A stretch of DNA of 64,000 bases from assembly GCA_965263055.1 (NCBI GenBank), contig OZ253581.1:3631794-3695793 (forward strand), given 5' to 3'. The translations under genes were made by a program, and so were the position numbers. The DNA comes from Vicinamibacterales bacterium. GTDB taxonomy: Bacteria; Acidobacteriota; Vicinamibacteria; Vicinamibacterales; UBA8438. This document shows positions 55,562-64,000 of this stretch, one piece after another. Every line of letters starts with the position of its first letter. Positions within the stretch are counted from its first letter, which is position 1. Under the pieces are notes generated by a model. That model was not told where the DNA came from. It did no database searches and was given only the letters and a program-made list of their open reading frames with translations.

Positions 55562-57313
55562 ATGACAGCAATCGACGATCGGTTGGGAAGGATGGACCTG
55601 CCGCCGGCGCTGGCCGATGAGCGGACAGGCGAAGCGGAGGACTGGACGTCCACCGGGCGGCTCGGACGGCTTTGGCAGCGCGATGGTTCGGTCTGGACCG
55701 GGCACGGGGAAGGGCAGTGGCTCGGCTGGCTCGACCCGCCGGCGCCCGGCGGCGCTGAGTCAGACCGTTTGGCTCGCCTCTCGCAACACGTTCAACGGGA
55801 TGGGCTCCGCGATGCGGCGCTTCTTGGAATGGGCGGATCGAGTCTTTTCCCGGAACTGCTGCGGCGTGTCTTCGGCCGCGAACGCGGGCTCAACCTGCAC
55901 GTGCTCGACTCGACCGATCCCACGCAGGTCGAAACATTCGAATCCAACATCGATCTCGATCGCACGCTCCTTGTCGTCTCGAGCAAGTCGGGAACGACAC
56001 TCGAGACGAATCTACTCCTCCGGTATTTCCTGGAACGGCTCCGTACTCGCGTCGGCGCGCGCGCAGCGGCGCGGGTCGTCGCGGTGACGGACGCCGGCTC
56101 CGCACTCGACGACCTGGCCGCATCGAAGGGCTTCGGCGCCACCTTCCACGGCGAGGCCAACGTCGGAGGGCGTTACTCGGCGCTTTCCTATTTCGGTCTG
56201 GTGCCGGCGGCGGTCATGGGCCTGGACGTGGAAACGCTGCTCGGCCGGGCTCACACGATGGCAGCGGCATGTGGCGCCGAGTCCCTCCCCGGCGACAATC
56301 CGGGCGTTCAGCTCGGCCTGCTGCTCGGACTCGCCGCGCAGGCAGGGCGTGACAAGCTGACGCTCGACGTCTCTCCCAGCCTCGATGGCTTCGGCGCCTG
56401 GATCGAACAGTTGGTGGCAGAGTCGACCGGCAAGAAGGGACGCGGGGTGATTCCGATCGACGGCGAGGCGTTGGCCGAACCGTCTGCCTACGGCGACGAT
56501 CGGTTGTTCGTGTCGATCCGGTTCGCTGCCGAGGACGACGATTCACGGCGGGCGGCGCTCGACCGTCTTGCCGCGGCCGGCCATCCGGTGGTGCGCTATG
56601 TCCTTCGCGATGCGTACGACATTGCGGGCGAATGTTATCGCTGGATGTTCGCCACCGCGGTCGCTGGCGCCGTGATGGGTGTCAACCCGTTCGATCAGCC
56701 GGATGTCGAAGCGAGCAAGGTGGCAACGCGGGCGCTGACCGACGGCGCGGACAGTGCGGGCGGGCGGCGGCAAGACGACAAGCCGGCGGCACGACACGCG
56801 TACGAGACGGGCGAACTAACTGCCTGGGTTGCCCGTCCCTACGCCACGGCACTCCGGAGAACGGCCGGGCGCGCCGCGCCGCTCGAGCGCCTGCTCCGGT
56901 CACACCTGCGGCAGATTCGCCGAGGCGACTATTCAGCTCTGCTCGCCTATGTCGAGATGAACCATCGGCATCGCGCTCTGCTCGACCGCATTCGCCACGA
57001 GATTCGCCGTGTCACCGGTGTGGCAACGACCGTCGGTTTCGGCCCGCGCTTTCTCCATTCCACCGGCCAGTTGCACAAGGGCGGACCGGAGAGCGGACAC
57101 TTCCTGGTCATCACGGTCCGCGACAAGGAAGATAGCGACGTGGCGATCCCCGGCTACCGGTTCAGCTTCGGCGCCGTCAAGAATGCCCAGGCGCTCGGCG
57201 ACTGTGCGGTCCTGGCCGAACGCCGGCGCCGCTGCCTCCGGCTCAAGATCGATGGCGACGTCGACGGCGGCCTCGAGGCGATCGCCTCGCTGATTACGGC
57301 CGTACTGGGGTAG
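55562..57313 (+). CDS. pgi: glucose-6-phosphate isomerase
   Basis: ATG 55562 within ORF 55166..57313. Motifs LGMGGSSL, VSSKSGTTLET, GGRYSALS, FDQPDVE. Confidence 0.85.
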   Translation: MTAIDDRLGRMDLPPALADERTGEAEDWTSTGRLGRLWQRDGSVWTGHGEGQWLGWLDPPAPGGAESDRLARLSQHVQRDGLRDAALLGMGGSSLFPELLRRVFGRERGLNLHVLDSTDPTQVETFESNIDLDRTLLVVSSKSGTTLETNLLLRYFLERLRTRVGARAAARVVAVTDAGSALDDLAASKGFGATFHGEANVGGRYSALSYFGLVPAAVMGLDVETLLGRAHTMAAACGAESLPGDNPGVQLGLLLGLAAQAGRDKLTLDVSPSLDGFGAWIEQLVAESTGKKGRGVIPIDGEALAEPSAYGDDRLFVSIRFAAEDDDSRRAALDRLAAAGHPVVRYVLRDAYDIAGECYRWMFATAVAGAVMGVNPFDQPDVEASKVATRALTDGADSAGGRRQDDKPAARHAYETGELTAWVARPYATALRRTAGRAAPLERLLRSHLRQIRRGDYSALLAYVEMNHRHRALLDRIRHEIRRVTGVATTVGFGPRFLHSTGQLHKGGPESGHFLVITVRDKEDSDVAIPGYRFSFGAVKNAQALGDCAVLAERRRRCLRLKIDGDVDGGLEAIASLITAVLG

Positions 57314-57410
57314 GAGCCGGCGCAACGGGGATGCCGGTGCCTTCGGCCGACAGGCATGCCGCGTGCCGGGCGCGGTAGAATCCAGTGGCCCAGCGTTCAT
57401 GCGCGGGCCG

Positions 57411-58208
57411 TTACGCACCAGTCCAACGGGGCGGGCGCTTGCCGAGGAAGGCGGCGATCCCCTCCCGGAAGTCGGCACTGGCGTAGCAACTGACGATGAG
57501 ATCCCGTCCGAGCGACGACTCCATCCGACGGTGTTCCTGAATCCGCCGAATCATCTCCTTGCTGGCGCGGATGGTGAGCGGCGCGTTGGCGGCGATCGCC
57601 TCAACGTATTCCGCAACGGCTGCATCGAGCTGGCCGGGGGCGACGACCCGGTTCACCAGGCCAGCCGCTTCCGCCTCGGCTGCGTCGAGCAGTCGGCCCG
57701 TGAAGAGGAGATCCTTCGCACGTGCCGGTCCGATCAGATCGAGCAGCCGCGCGTGGTTCGAGCCCGACAGGCAGTTGCCGAGGGTCCGTGCGATCGGAAT
57801 GCCGACGCGCGTCCGATCGGTAGCCACGCGGACGTCGCACGCCATCGCCAGAGCAAGTCCGCCCCCAGTTGCCGCCCCGTCGATCGCAGCAACGGTCGGC
57901 TTTGCGAGGCGCTCGAGGCGATCGACCACGCTGTCGATCCGCCGCTCGTACGCGATACCGTCCTCACCTCCCGCGGAGCCGCCGCGGAAGGCCTGGAACT
58001 GGGCGATGTCGGTTCCGGCGACGAATGCCCTTCCGCCCGCACCGCGCAAGACGACGACCCTTGTGGAGTCATCCCTGTCGGCCCGGTCACACGAGGCGAC
58101 CAGCGCCTCGTACATCTCCCAGGTCATCGCGTTACGCGCTTCGGGACGGTTGAACGTGATGACGGCGCACGAGCCGTCCTGTTCGTAAAGGACTTGGGGC
58201 GTGGACAC
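57411..58208 (-). CDS. enoyl-CoA hydratase/isomerase family protein (crotonase fold)
   Basis: 265-aa ORF (GTG start 8 nt after GGAGG). Motifs ITFNRPEARNAM, GAGGRAFVAGTDI, AAIDGAATGGGLALAMACD. Confidence 0.85.
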   Translation of the reverse strand: MSTPQVLYEQDGSCAVITFNRPEARNAMTWEMYEALVASCDRADRDDSTRVVVLRGAGGRAFVAGTDIAQFQAFRGGSAGGEDGIAYERRIDSVVDRLERLAKPTVAAIDGAATGGGLALAMACDVRVATDRTRVGIPIARTLGNCLSGSNHARLLDLIGPARAKDLLFTGRLLDAAEAEAAGLVNRVVAPGQLDAAVAEYVEAIAANAPLTIRASKEMIRRIQEHRRMESSLGRDLIVSCYASADFREGIAAFLGKRPPRWTGA

Positions 58209-58260
58209 GGATCAGGCCTCCGGCGCCGCACTGCCGAAGCGCGGCCAGACTGAGAGATTC

Positions 58261-59448
58261 ATGGGACAGGCGCCGCTCGACGGCCTCCGCGTCCTCGACG
58301 TGACACAGGTCATGGCGGGGCCGTACTGCGCAATGCTACTGTGCGACATGGGCGGCGACGTAATCAAGGTTGAACCGCCCGCGGGCGATTCGTCCCGACG
58401 AATGGCGGGCGCGCGGGGGAGTGACAGCCCCGCGTTCAACGCGGTGAACCGGGGAAAGCGCGGGATCGTCGTCAACCTGAAGACCGACGCAGGCCGTGAC
58501 GTCGTCGCGCGCCTCGCCAGGTACGCCGACATTCTGATCGAGAACTACCGCCCGGGCGTGATGACGAAGCTGGGCCTCGACTATGCAACGCTCGCCGCCG
58601 GTAACCGCCGCCTGATCTACGCGTCGATCTCCGGTTACGGCCAGACCGGGCCGGCGGCGGGGAAGGGTGGTTTCGATCTGGTGGCGCAAGGCGTGTCCGG
58701 CCTGATGTCGGTTACAGGGGAGCCGAATCGGCCGCCGGCGAAGGTGGGCGTTCCGCTCACGGATCTGGGCGCCGGACTCTTCGCCGTCTGCGGCATCCTG
58801 GCCGCGCTCCATCACCGCGAGGTGACCGGTGTCGGACAGCAGGTCGACACGGCGCTGGTCGACGCCGGCGTTGCGCTCTCCGTCTGGGAGGCGACCGAAC
58901 TCTTCTCGACCGGCAGGGTTCCCGGTCCGCTCGGTTCCGCGCATCGGATGAGCGCACCATACCAGGCGGTCCGCTGCGCCGACGGCTACATCACACTCGG
59001 CGCGGCGAACGACCGAATCTTCGCGCGCCTCGCCCGCCTGCTGGGGCGCCCGGAATGGCTCGATGACGAGCGGTTCAGCGTCGATGGCGTTCGCGTCGCC
59101 AACCGCGAAGCGCTAGCCGCTGCGATCGAAGCGGTGACTTCCGGTCGGCCGCGCGCATACTGGCTGGAGCAATTCGAGGCGAACGACATTCCCTGCGGCC
59201 CGATCAACACGTACCGCGAGGTGGTGGACGACCCGCAGGTTCGGGCGCGCGAGATGGTGGTTGAGACCGAGCATCCGACGCTCGGCACGATTCGGACCCT
59301 CGGCACGCCGATCAAGTTGGGCGCCACCCCACTCCAGCCGGGGCGACCGGCCCCCCTCCTGGGTCAGCACACCGATGAGGTGCTTGCCGAAGCGGGCTAC
59401 GGCCAGGAAGAGATCAGAGCGCTCCGTGCCGACCACGCAGTGGCGTGA
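58261..59448 (+). CDS. family III CoA-transferase (CaiB/BaiF-like)
   Basis: ATG 58261 within ORF 58201..59448. Motifs LRVLDVTQVMAGPYCAMLLCDMGGDVIKVE, NRGKRG, ENYRPG, DLGAGL. Confidence 0.85.
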   Translation: MGQAPLDGLRVLDVTQVMAGPYCAMLLCDMGGDVIKVEPPAGDSSRRMAGARGSDSPAFNAVNRGKRGIVVNLKTDAGRDVVARLARYADILIENYRPGVMTKLGLDYATLAAGNRRLIYASISGYGQTGPAAGKGGFDLVAQGVSGLMSVTGEPNRPPAKVGVPLTDLGAGLFAVCGILAALHHREVTGVGQQVDTALVDAGVALSVWEATELFSTGRVPGPLGSAHRMSAPYQAVRCADGYITLGAANDRIFARLARLLGRPEWLDDERFSVDGVRVANREALAAAIEAVTSGRPRAYWLEQFEANDIPCGPINTYREVVDDPQVRAREMVVETEHPTLGTIRTLGTPIKLGATPLQPGRPAPLLGQHTDEVLAEAGYGQEEIRALRADHAVA

Positions 59449-59502
59449 TGTTGGGGACGATCCGCCGCCTCGACCGAAGGCGGCTTGCGGCGCGGGCGGG
59501 AC

Positions 59503-60570
59503 TCAGGTGGATTCCGCCCGGCGGGCGATGCCTTCCGCTACTTCGGCGGTGGAAGCACTCCCGCCCAGGTCTCGAGTGAGAGAAGCACCCTCGGCCAACT
59601 GGGCTTCGATCGCGGAAACGATGGCTTGGGCTGCGTCCGGCTGCCGCAGGTGATCGAGCATCATCGCGGCGGTCCAGATTTGGCCTATCGGGTTGGCGAG
59701 GCCCTGGCCGGCGATGTCCGGCGCCGAGCCGTGGACCGGTTCGAACATCGACGGAGCGGTCCGCTCCGGATTGAGGTTGGCTCCGGGCGCGATCCCGATC
59801 GAGCCGGCGATTGCGGGGCCGATGTCCGAGAGGATGTCGCCGAAGAGATTGCTCGCGACGATCACGTCGAACCAGTCGGGGTGCTGCACCAGATGTGCTG
59901 ACAGGATGTCGATGTGGAACTGATCGGTCGCGACATCGGGGTAGTCGGCAGCGATCGCCGCGAACCGCTCGTCCCAGTACGGCATGCTGTGAATGATGCC
60001 GTTCGACTTCGTTGCGGATGTCAGATGCCGCTTGTCGCGCGTCCGGGCCAACTCGAACGCGTAACGGATGATCCGGTCCACGCCGCGCCGCGTGAAGATC
60101 GCCTGTTGGACCGCCAGTTCATCGTCGGTTCCGGCGTAAAGGCGGCCGCCTATCTCCGAGTACTCCCCCTCGTTGTTCTCGCGGACAACGACGAAGTCGA
60201 TTTCCTCCGGCCGCCGGTCGGCAAGCGGTGAGCGGACGCCGGGCAACAGGCGGATCGGCCGAAGGTTGACGTACTGGCCGAACGTTCGCCGGATCGGGAT
60301 CAGGAGGCCCCAGAGCGAGACATGATCGGGCACGCCGGGCCAACCGACAGCGCCGAGAAAAATGGCGTCATGGGGCCGGAGCTGATCGAGGCCGTCCGCC
60401 GGCATCATCTGGCCGGTGCCGGCGTACCGCTCACAGCCCCAGTCGAACGTTGTCCAGCGGCAATCGAAACCGAAGCGGCGGCCGACCGCCTCCACGACAC
60501 GGATCGACGCAGGAACCACTTCCTGGCCGATGCCGTCGCCAGGGATGACTGCGATCGAGTAAACGGCCAA
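59503..60570 (-). CDS. tartrate dehydrogenase/decarboxylase-like (isopropylmalate/isocitrate dehydrogenase superfamily)
   Basis: 355-aa ORF. Motifs IPGDGIGQEV, VRENNEGEYS, SNLFGDILSD, FEPVHGSAPDIAG. Confidence 0.75.
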   Translation of the reverse strand: MAVYSIAVIPGDGIGQEVVPASIRVVEAVGRRFGFDCRWTTFDWGCERYAGTGQMMPADGLDQLRPHDAIFLGAVGWPGVPDHVSLWGLLIPIRRTFGQYVNLRPIRLLPGVRSPLADRRPEEIDFVVVRENNEGEYSEIGGRLYAGTDDELAVQQAIFTRRGVDRIIRYAFELARTRDKRHLTSATKSNGIIHSMPYWDERFAAIAADYPDVATDQFHIDILSAHLVQHPDWFDVIVASNLFGDILSDIGPAIAGSIGIAPGANLNPERTAPSMFEPVHGSAPDIAGQGLANPIGQIWTAAMMLDHLRQPDAAQAIVSAIEAQLAEGASLTRDLGGSASTAEVAEGIARRAEST

Positions 60571-60571
60571 G

Positions 60572-61951
60572 CTACAGCGTGAACCCGCGCTCGTCGTGCA
60601 GCGAAATGTCGAGGCCGACCGATTCCTCTTCCGCGGTCACGCGGAGCCCCATCATGGCATCGACCAGCTTGATGAGGATGAACGTCATGACCCCGCTGTA
60701 GACAATCGTCGCGGCAGCGCCGACGAACTGCAGCCAGAGCTGCGCGCCGATGCCGTTGTCGAGGCCCGAACCGCCCAACACCTGGGCGGTGAAGATGCCG
60801 GTCAGCATCGCACCCACGAATCCGCCGACGCCATGGACGCCGAAGACATCAAGCGAGTCGTCGTAACCGAGCGCGCGCTTCAGGTTGCTGGAGGCGTAGA
60901 AACAGCAGATCCCCGACGCCGCGCCGATGGCGAGCGCGCCGATCGGTCCGACCGTCCCCGATGCCGGCGTGATGGCAACGAGGCCGGCGACCGCGCCGGT
61001 GGCGATCCCCAGGACGCTCGGCTTGCCGTGCCGCATCCACTCGGCGAGCATCCAGACGAAGCCGGCAGTGGCGGTCGCGATGTGCGTTACCGCCATGGCC
61101 ATGCCGGCAACGCCGTCGGCTGCCAGCTGGCTACCGGCATTGAAGCCGAACCAGCCGACCCAGAGCATCGATGCCCCCACCACCGTCAGAACCAGGCTGT
61201 TCGGAGGCATCGGCGTTCCCGGGAAGCCTCGCCTGGCCCCGAGGACGATGCACAGCACCAGCGCCGCCACTCCAGCGTTGATGTGGACGACGGTTCCCCC
61301 GGCGAAGTCGAGCACGCCCATCTCGCCGAGCCAGCCACCGCCCCAGACCCAGTGGGCGATTGGGGCGTACACGATACTCACCCAGAGCGCCATGAAGACC
61401 ATCATCGCGGAGAACTTCATCCGCTCGGCGAACGCGCCCACGATTAGCGCCGGCGTGATGATCGCGAACGTGAGCTGGAACATCTGGAAGACGGTCTCCG
61501 GGATCGTGCCGGAGACGGTGTCGACCCCCACATCCGAGAGGAAGAACTTCCCAATCCCCACGAACGCGTTGAGCGATCCACCGTCGCCGAACGCCAGACC
61601 GTAGACATAGATCGTCCAGAGGATTGTCACCATGCAGGTGATCGCGAAGCACTGCATCATCACCGAGAGGACATTCTTGGCCCGGACCAGGCCGGCGTAG
61701 AAGAGCGAGAGTCCCGGGATGGTCATGAAGAGCACCAGGACACTCGACGTCAGCATCCAGGCGGTGTCGCCCGAGTTGAGCTCCTGCGCCCAGGCGGCGC
61801 GCGGCACGAACAGCAACGCGGCAACGGCCGCCAGCCCGGCGCAGAGTCCCTTGTGGCGAACCGGCCATGGCGCGCCGGCATCGCGGCGGTGGTAACGTCC
61901 CGCCGCCGGCAGCAACTGCGACAGCAGCGATTGTCCTGTCATGCCTGGCAC
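60572..61951 (-). CDS. amtB: ammonium transporter
   Basis: 459-aa ORF (GTG 61951, alternative ATG 61942). Signal peptide. Motifs DFAGGTVVHINAG, WFGFNAGS, DVFGVHGVGG. Confidence 0.9.
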   Translation of the reverse strand: MPGMTGQSLLSQLLPAAGRYHRRDAGAPWPVRHKGLCAGLAAVAALLFVPRAAWAQELNSGDTAWMLTSSVLVLFMTIPGLSLFYAGLVRAKNVLSVMMQCFAITCMVTILWTIYVYGLAFGDGGSLNAFVGIGKFFLSDVGVDTVSGTIPETVFQMFQLTFAIITPALIVGAFAERMKFSAMMVFMALWVSIVYAPIAHWVWGGGWLGEMGVLDFAGGTVVHINAGVAALVLCIVLGARRGFPGTPMPPNSLVLTVVGASMLWVGWFGFNAGSQLAADGVAGMAMAVTHIATATAGFVWMLAEWMRHGKPSVLGIATGAVAGLVAITPASGTVGPIGALAIGAASGICCFYASSNLKRALGYDDSLDVFGVHGVGGFVGAMLTGIFTAQVLGGSGLDNGIGAQLWLQFVGAAATIVYSGVMTFILIKLVDAMMGLRVTAEEESVGLDISLHDERGFTL

Positions 61952-61954
61952 CCT

Positions 61955-62293
61955 TCAGAGCGCGCTCGAGCCTGTCTCTCCGGTCCGGATCCGAACCGCC
62001 TGCCCGATGTCCACGACGAACAGTTTCCCGTCACCGATCTGTCCGCTGCGGGCGGCAGCGGTAATCGTCTCGATGACGGCGTCGCTCTTGTCGTCGTCCA
62101 CAACCACTTCCACTTTCGTCTTCGGGACAAAGTCGATGGAGTACTCGGCGCCGCGGTACATCTCCTTGTGTCCCTTCTGGCGGCCGTAGCCCTTCACCTC
62201 GGTTGACGTAAGTGCGTTGATACCCAGGGCAAGCAGCGCGTCGCGTACATCGTCGACGACGTGGGGTCTGATGATCGCGATGACCAGTTTCAT
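61955..62293 (-). CDS. glnK: nitrogen regulatory protein P-II
   Basis: ATG 62293 within ORF 61955..62653(-). 112 aa beginning MKLVIAIIRPH. T-loop TEVKGYGRQKGH; GDGKLFV. Confidence 0.95.
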   Translation of the reverse strand: MKLVIAIIRPHVVDDVRDALLALGINALTSTEVKGYGRQKGHKEMYRGAEYSIDFVPKTKVEVVVDDDKSDAVIETITAAARSGQIGDGKLFVVDIGQAVRIRTGETGSSAL

Positions 62294-62415
62294 GCAGGGA
62301 TTCCTTTCGCGGTCCGGCGGCGGCGGACAAGCGCCGCCACGAGACGGCCCACTATAGCAGACGGTTACCGCGCGGGCAGTTGGAGGGCTACACTGCGGAT
62401 CGCGATGTCGATGTG

Positions 62416-62492
<77 letters not shown>

Positions 62493-62510
62493 TCCCTTTT
62501 GAAGGGAGAA

Positions 62511-62539
62511 ATGCTAGCATGGCTGGCCGGGCTGGTCAA
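62511..62539 (-). promoter_or_regulatory. candidate sigma70-type promoter TTGACC-N17-TAGCAT for tRNA-fMet
   Basis: Hexamers read directly on the minus strand. The -10 ends 18 nt upstream of the mature tRNA 5' end. Confidence 0.4.
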
Positions 62540-62570
62540 TGGTATCCGACCCGGCAGAGAGTTACGCGCG

Positions 62571-62909
62571 ATGATGCAGGTGCCCGCCATAGATGTGGTG
62601 ATCGCGTGGACGACACTACCGCCTGACGTCGACGCTGCCGCGTTTGCCCGCACCCTCGTCGAGGAACAGCTTGCCGCCTGCGTTACGGGCTGCGGGCCGG
62701 TCCGGTCGGTCTATCGCTGGCAAGGCGCCGTCGAGCAGGCAGACGAGCAGCTCGTCATGATCAAGACGACCACGCCGTGCGTCGACGCCCTCCGCGCGCG
62801 GGTGATCGATCTGCATCCCTATGACACGCCGGAGTTTATCGTCGCCCCGGTTATCGACGGCGCCCCGGACTATCTCCGATGGGTGAGCGAGTCGACCCGT
62901 TCCGGGTGA
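62571..62909 (+). CDS. cutA: divalent-cation tolerance protein CutA
   Basis: ATG 62571 within ORF 62499..62909. The longer form would run through the tRNA promoter. 112 aa; motifs VRSVYRWQGAVE, HPYDTPE. Confidence 0.8.
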   Translation: MMQVPAIDVVIAWTTLPPDVDAAAFARTLVEEQLAACVTGCGPVRSVYRWQGAVEQADEQLVMIKTTTPCVDALRARVIDLHPYDTPEFIVAPVIDGAPDYLRWVSESTRSG

Positions 62910-62951
62910 CGCTATCGCTCTCGGTGCTACGCGGGGTTTCACCACGGGCTC

Positions 62952-63839
62952 CTAGGCGGGGTTCTCGACCCGGCCTCCCAGACGGGAAACACCCCAGGAG
63001 AGGAAGAAACCGGTCACGGTCAGCCCGATGGCGGCGCCTGCCTGCCCTGCTGTCGGTGTTGTGTCGCCGAACGGCCACAAGCCGATTACGGCGCCCAGAA
63101 GCAGGCCGAGCAGGAAGCCGAACGTCGCCCGCCTGTACCGGGTGAGCAGCGATCGGACGAAGTTGCTCACCCCGATGATGCCGACCGCGACGCCGGCCGC
63201 CACTGGTGCCAGGACGCCCACCGCTGCCATCAGCGCCGCGAAGTCCGCCGACCGTCCGGCGTCCGCGGCTGCCGCCACCGCATCGACTATCGTCCGGTAC
63301 TGCCCCAGTATCAGTAGCAGATAGGCGCCCGAGACGCCGGGCAGGATCATCGCCGCACCGCCCGCTGCCCCCGCCGCCACGAGCAGCAACACCGCGATCC
63401 GTGCGGATCCAGCTCCCTCGCCGGCGCTTCCCGGGTCGACCGTCGCGAGCAGCGCCATGATCACGACCGCGCCTCCCGCGCTCACGAGAGTCGCCCCGTC
63501 CAGGGGCCGCACGGCACGCCAGAGCATCGGCACACCGCCGAGGGTCAGGCCGATGAACAGGCTGTACATCGCCCAGGGTGACCGGTCGAGCGCCGCAGTA
63601 ATCAACCCCGCGCCGCCCGCCACCGCGACCGTTGCCGACCCGCCGACCGAGGCGAGCATCATCACCACGACCGGCCGGAACCGCAAAGTCGACACTTCCG
63701 CTACGCCGTGGATGAACTGCGGGTAGATACCCACGGCAAGCAGCATCGTGCCGCCCGAAATCCCGGGGACAAGATTGGCCAAACCCATCAAGGTGCCGCC
63801 GACGACGCTGCGGGTGATCAGCTCCGGGCCAAGGACCAT
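62952..63839 (-). CDS. DUF368 family integral membrane protein
   Basis: 295-aa ORF, polytopic. Duplicated signature LVPGISGGTMLL and ILPGVSGAYLLL. Confidence 0.8.
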   Translation of the reverse strand: MVLGPELITRSVVGGTLMGLANLVPGISGGTMLLAVGIYPQFIHGVAEVSTLRFRPVVVMMLASVGGSATVAVAGGAGLITAALDRSPWAMYSLFIGLTLGGVPMLWRAVRPLDGATLVSAGGAVVIMALLATVDPGSAGEGAGSARIAVLLLVAAGAAGGAAMILPGVSGAYLLLILGQYRTIVDAVAAAADAGRSADFAALMAAVGVLAPVAAGVAVGIIGVSNFVRSLLTRYRRATFGFLLGLLLGAVIGLWPFGDTTPTAGQAGAAIGLTVTGFFLSWGVSRLGGRVENPA

Positions 63840-63922
63840 GCGTGCGCCATTGTATGCGGCGGGCCGCCGGGCAAGGAGCGTGGGTGCGTGATGCCGGGCG
63901 GGTGCTAAGATGCAGGAAAGGG

Positions 63923-64000
63923 ATGGCAGCCGAACGGAGGGCGCTCGCGATCCGGCCGGTCGTCGCGTCCTGGCCGGTGGCGGCGCTGCTCGCCGGCTCG
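63923..64000 (+). CDS. 5' end of an unidentified CDS running off the window
   Basis: ATG 63923 preceded by AGGAAAGGG. Open to the window edge (MAAERRALAIRPVVASWPVAALLAGS). Too short to classify. Confidence 0.25.
   Translation, partial: MAAERRALAIRPVVASWPVAALLAGS

Noticed and set aside
62294-62415. A sigma-54 promoter upstream of glnK (TGGCGGcgcTTGTC).
   Set aside because: The GG-to-G(C/T) spacing is 2 nt shorter than the TGGCAC-N5-TTGC consensus, and the -12 element is GT rather than GC.
62499-62570. The longer CutA form starting at ATG 62499.
   Set aside because: It would begin 7 bp from the tRNA-fMet 5' end and read through the tRNA's candidate promoter. The CutA domain (about 110 aa) is fully covered from ATG 62571.

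Overview
This is a GC-rich window (roughly two-thirds G+C by eye, not computed), densely packed and almost entirely chromosomal core from a diderm bacterium. Diderm markers are Kdo/LPS genes, LapB, LolA and two secretins. Phylum cannot be assigned from sequence alone; the gene content would fit an Acidobacteria- or Gemmatimonadetes-like lineage.

I support about 60 protein genes, 2 tRNAs (tRNA-Ala-CGC and initiator tRNA-fMet) and a few promoter or hairpin candidates. I saw no rRNA, CRISPR array, transposase, integrase, phage gene or recognisable defence system.

Gene order:
- GHMP sugar kinase, divergent from a translationally coupled cell-wall operon: nagZ-ldcA-mpl-pxpB-pxpC-murB-murA.
- Minus-strand rhodanese-lolA-lipoprotein secretin.
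- thrC, tRNA-Ala and a second thrC-like gene.
- frr-pyrH-tsf-rpsB-rpsI-rplM.
- pilM-pilN-pilO/P fusion-pilQ.
- pepP-like gene and thiE.
- Two Na+-coupled amino-acid carriers, then folD and coaE.
- lapB-kdsD-kdsA-pyrG-kdsB.
- An orphan PilP/GspC-like protein, then serA.
- A co-directional TCA block: icd-mdh-sucCD-korAB-ndk-dcd.
- A five-gene Rieske/cytochrome b operon: HEAT-repeat protein, Rieske protein, b6-like cytochrome b, an enlarged subunit-IV homologue and a 941-aa octahaem cytochrome c.
- pncA/pncB/cobB, pgi, and a crotonase/CoA-transferase pair.
- glnK-amtB-ttuC-like block with the initiator tRNA upstream, then cutA and a DUF368 protein.

The most unusual content is the Rieske/cyt b-octahaem module, followed by the lipidated orphan secretin operon and the pxpBC-containing peptidoglycan recycling operon. 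None is demonstrably a new system from sequence alone, and the rest of the window is ordinary housekeeping. Many long antisense ORFs in the six-frame track are GC-driven artefacts.
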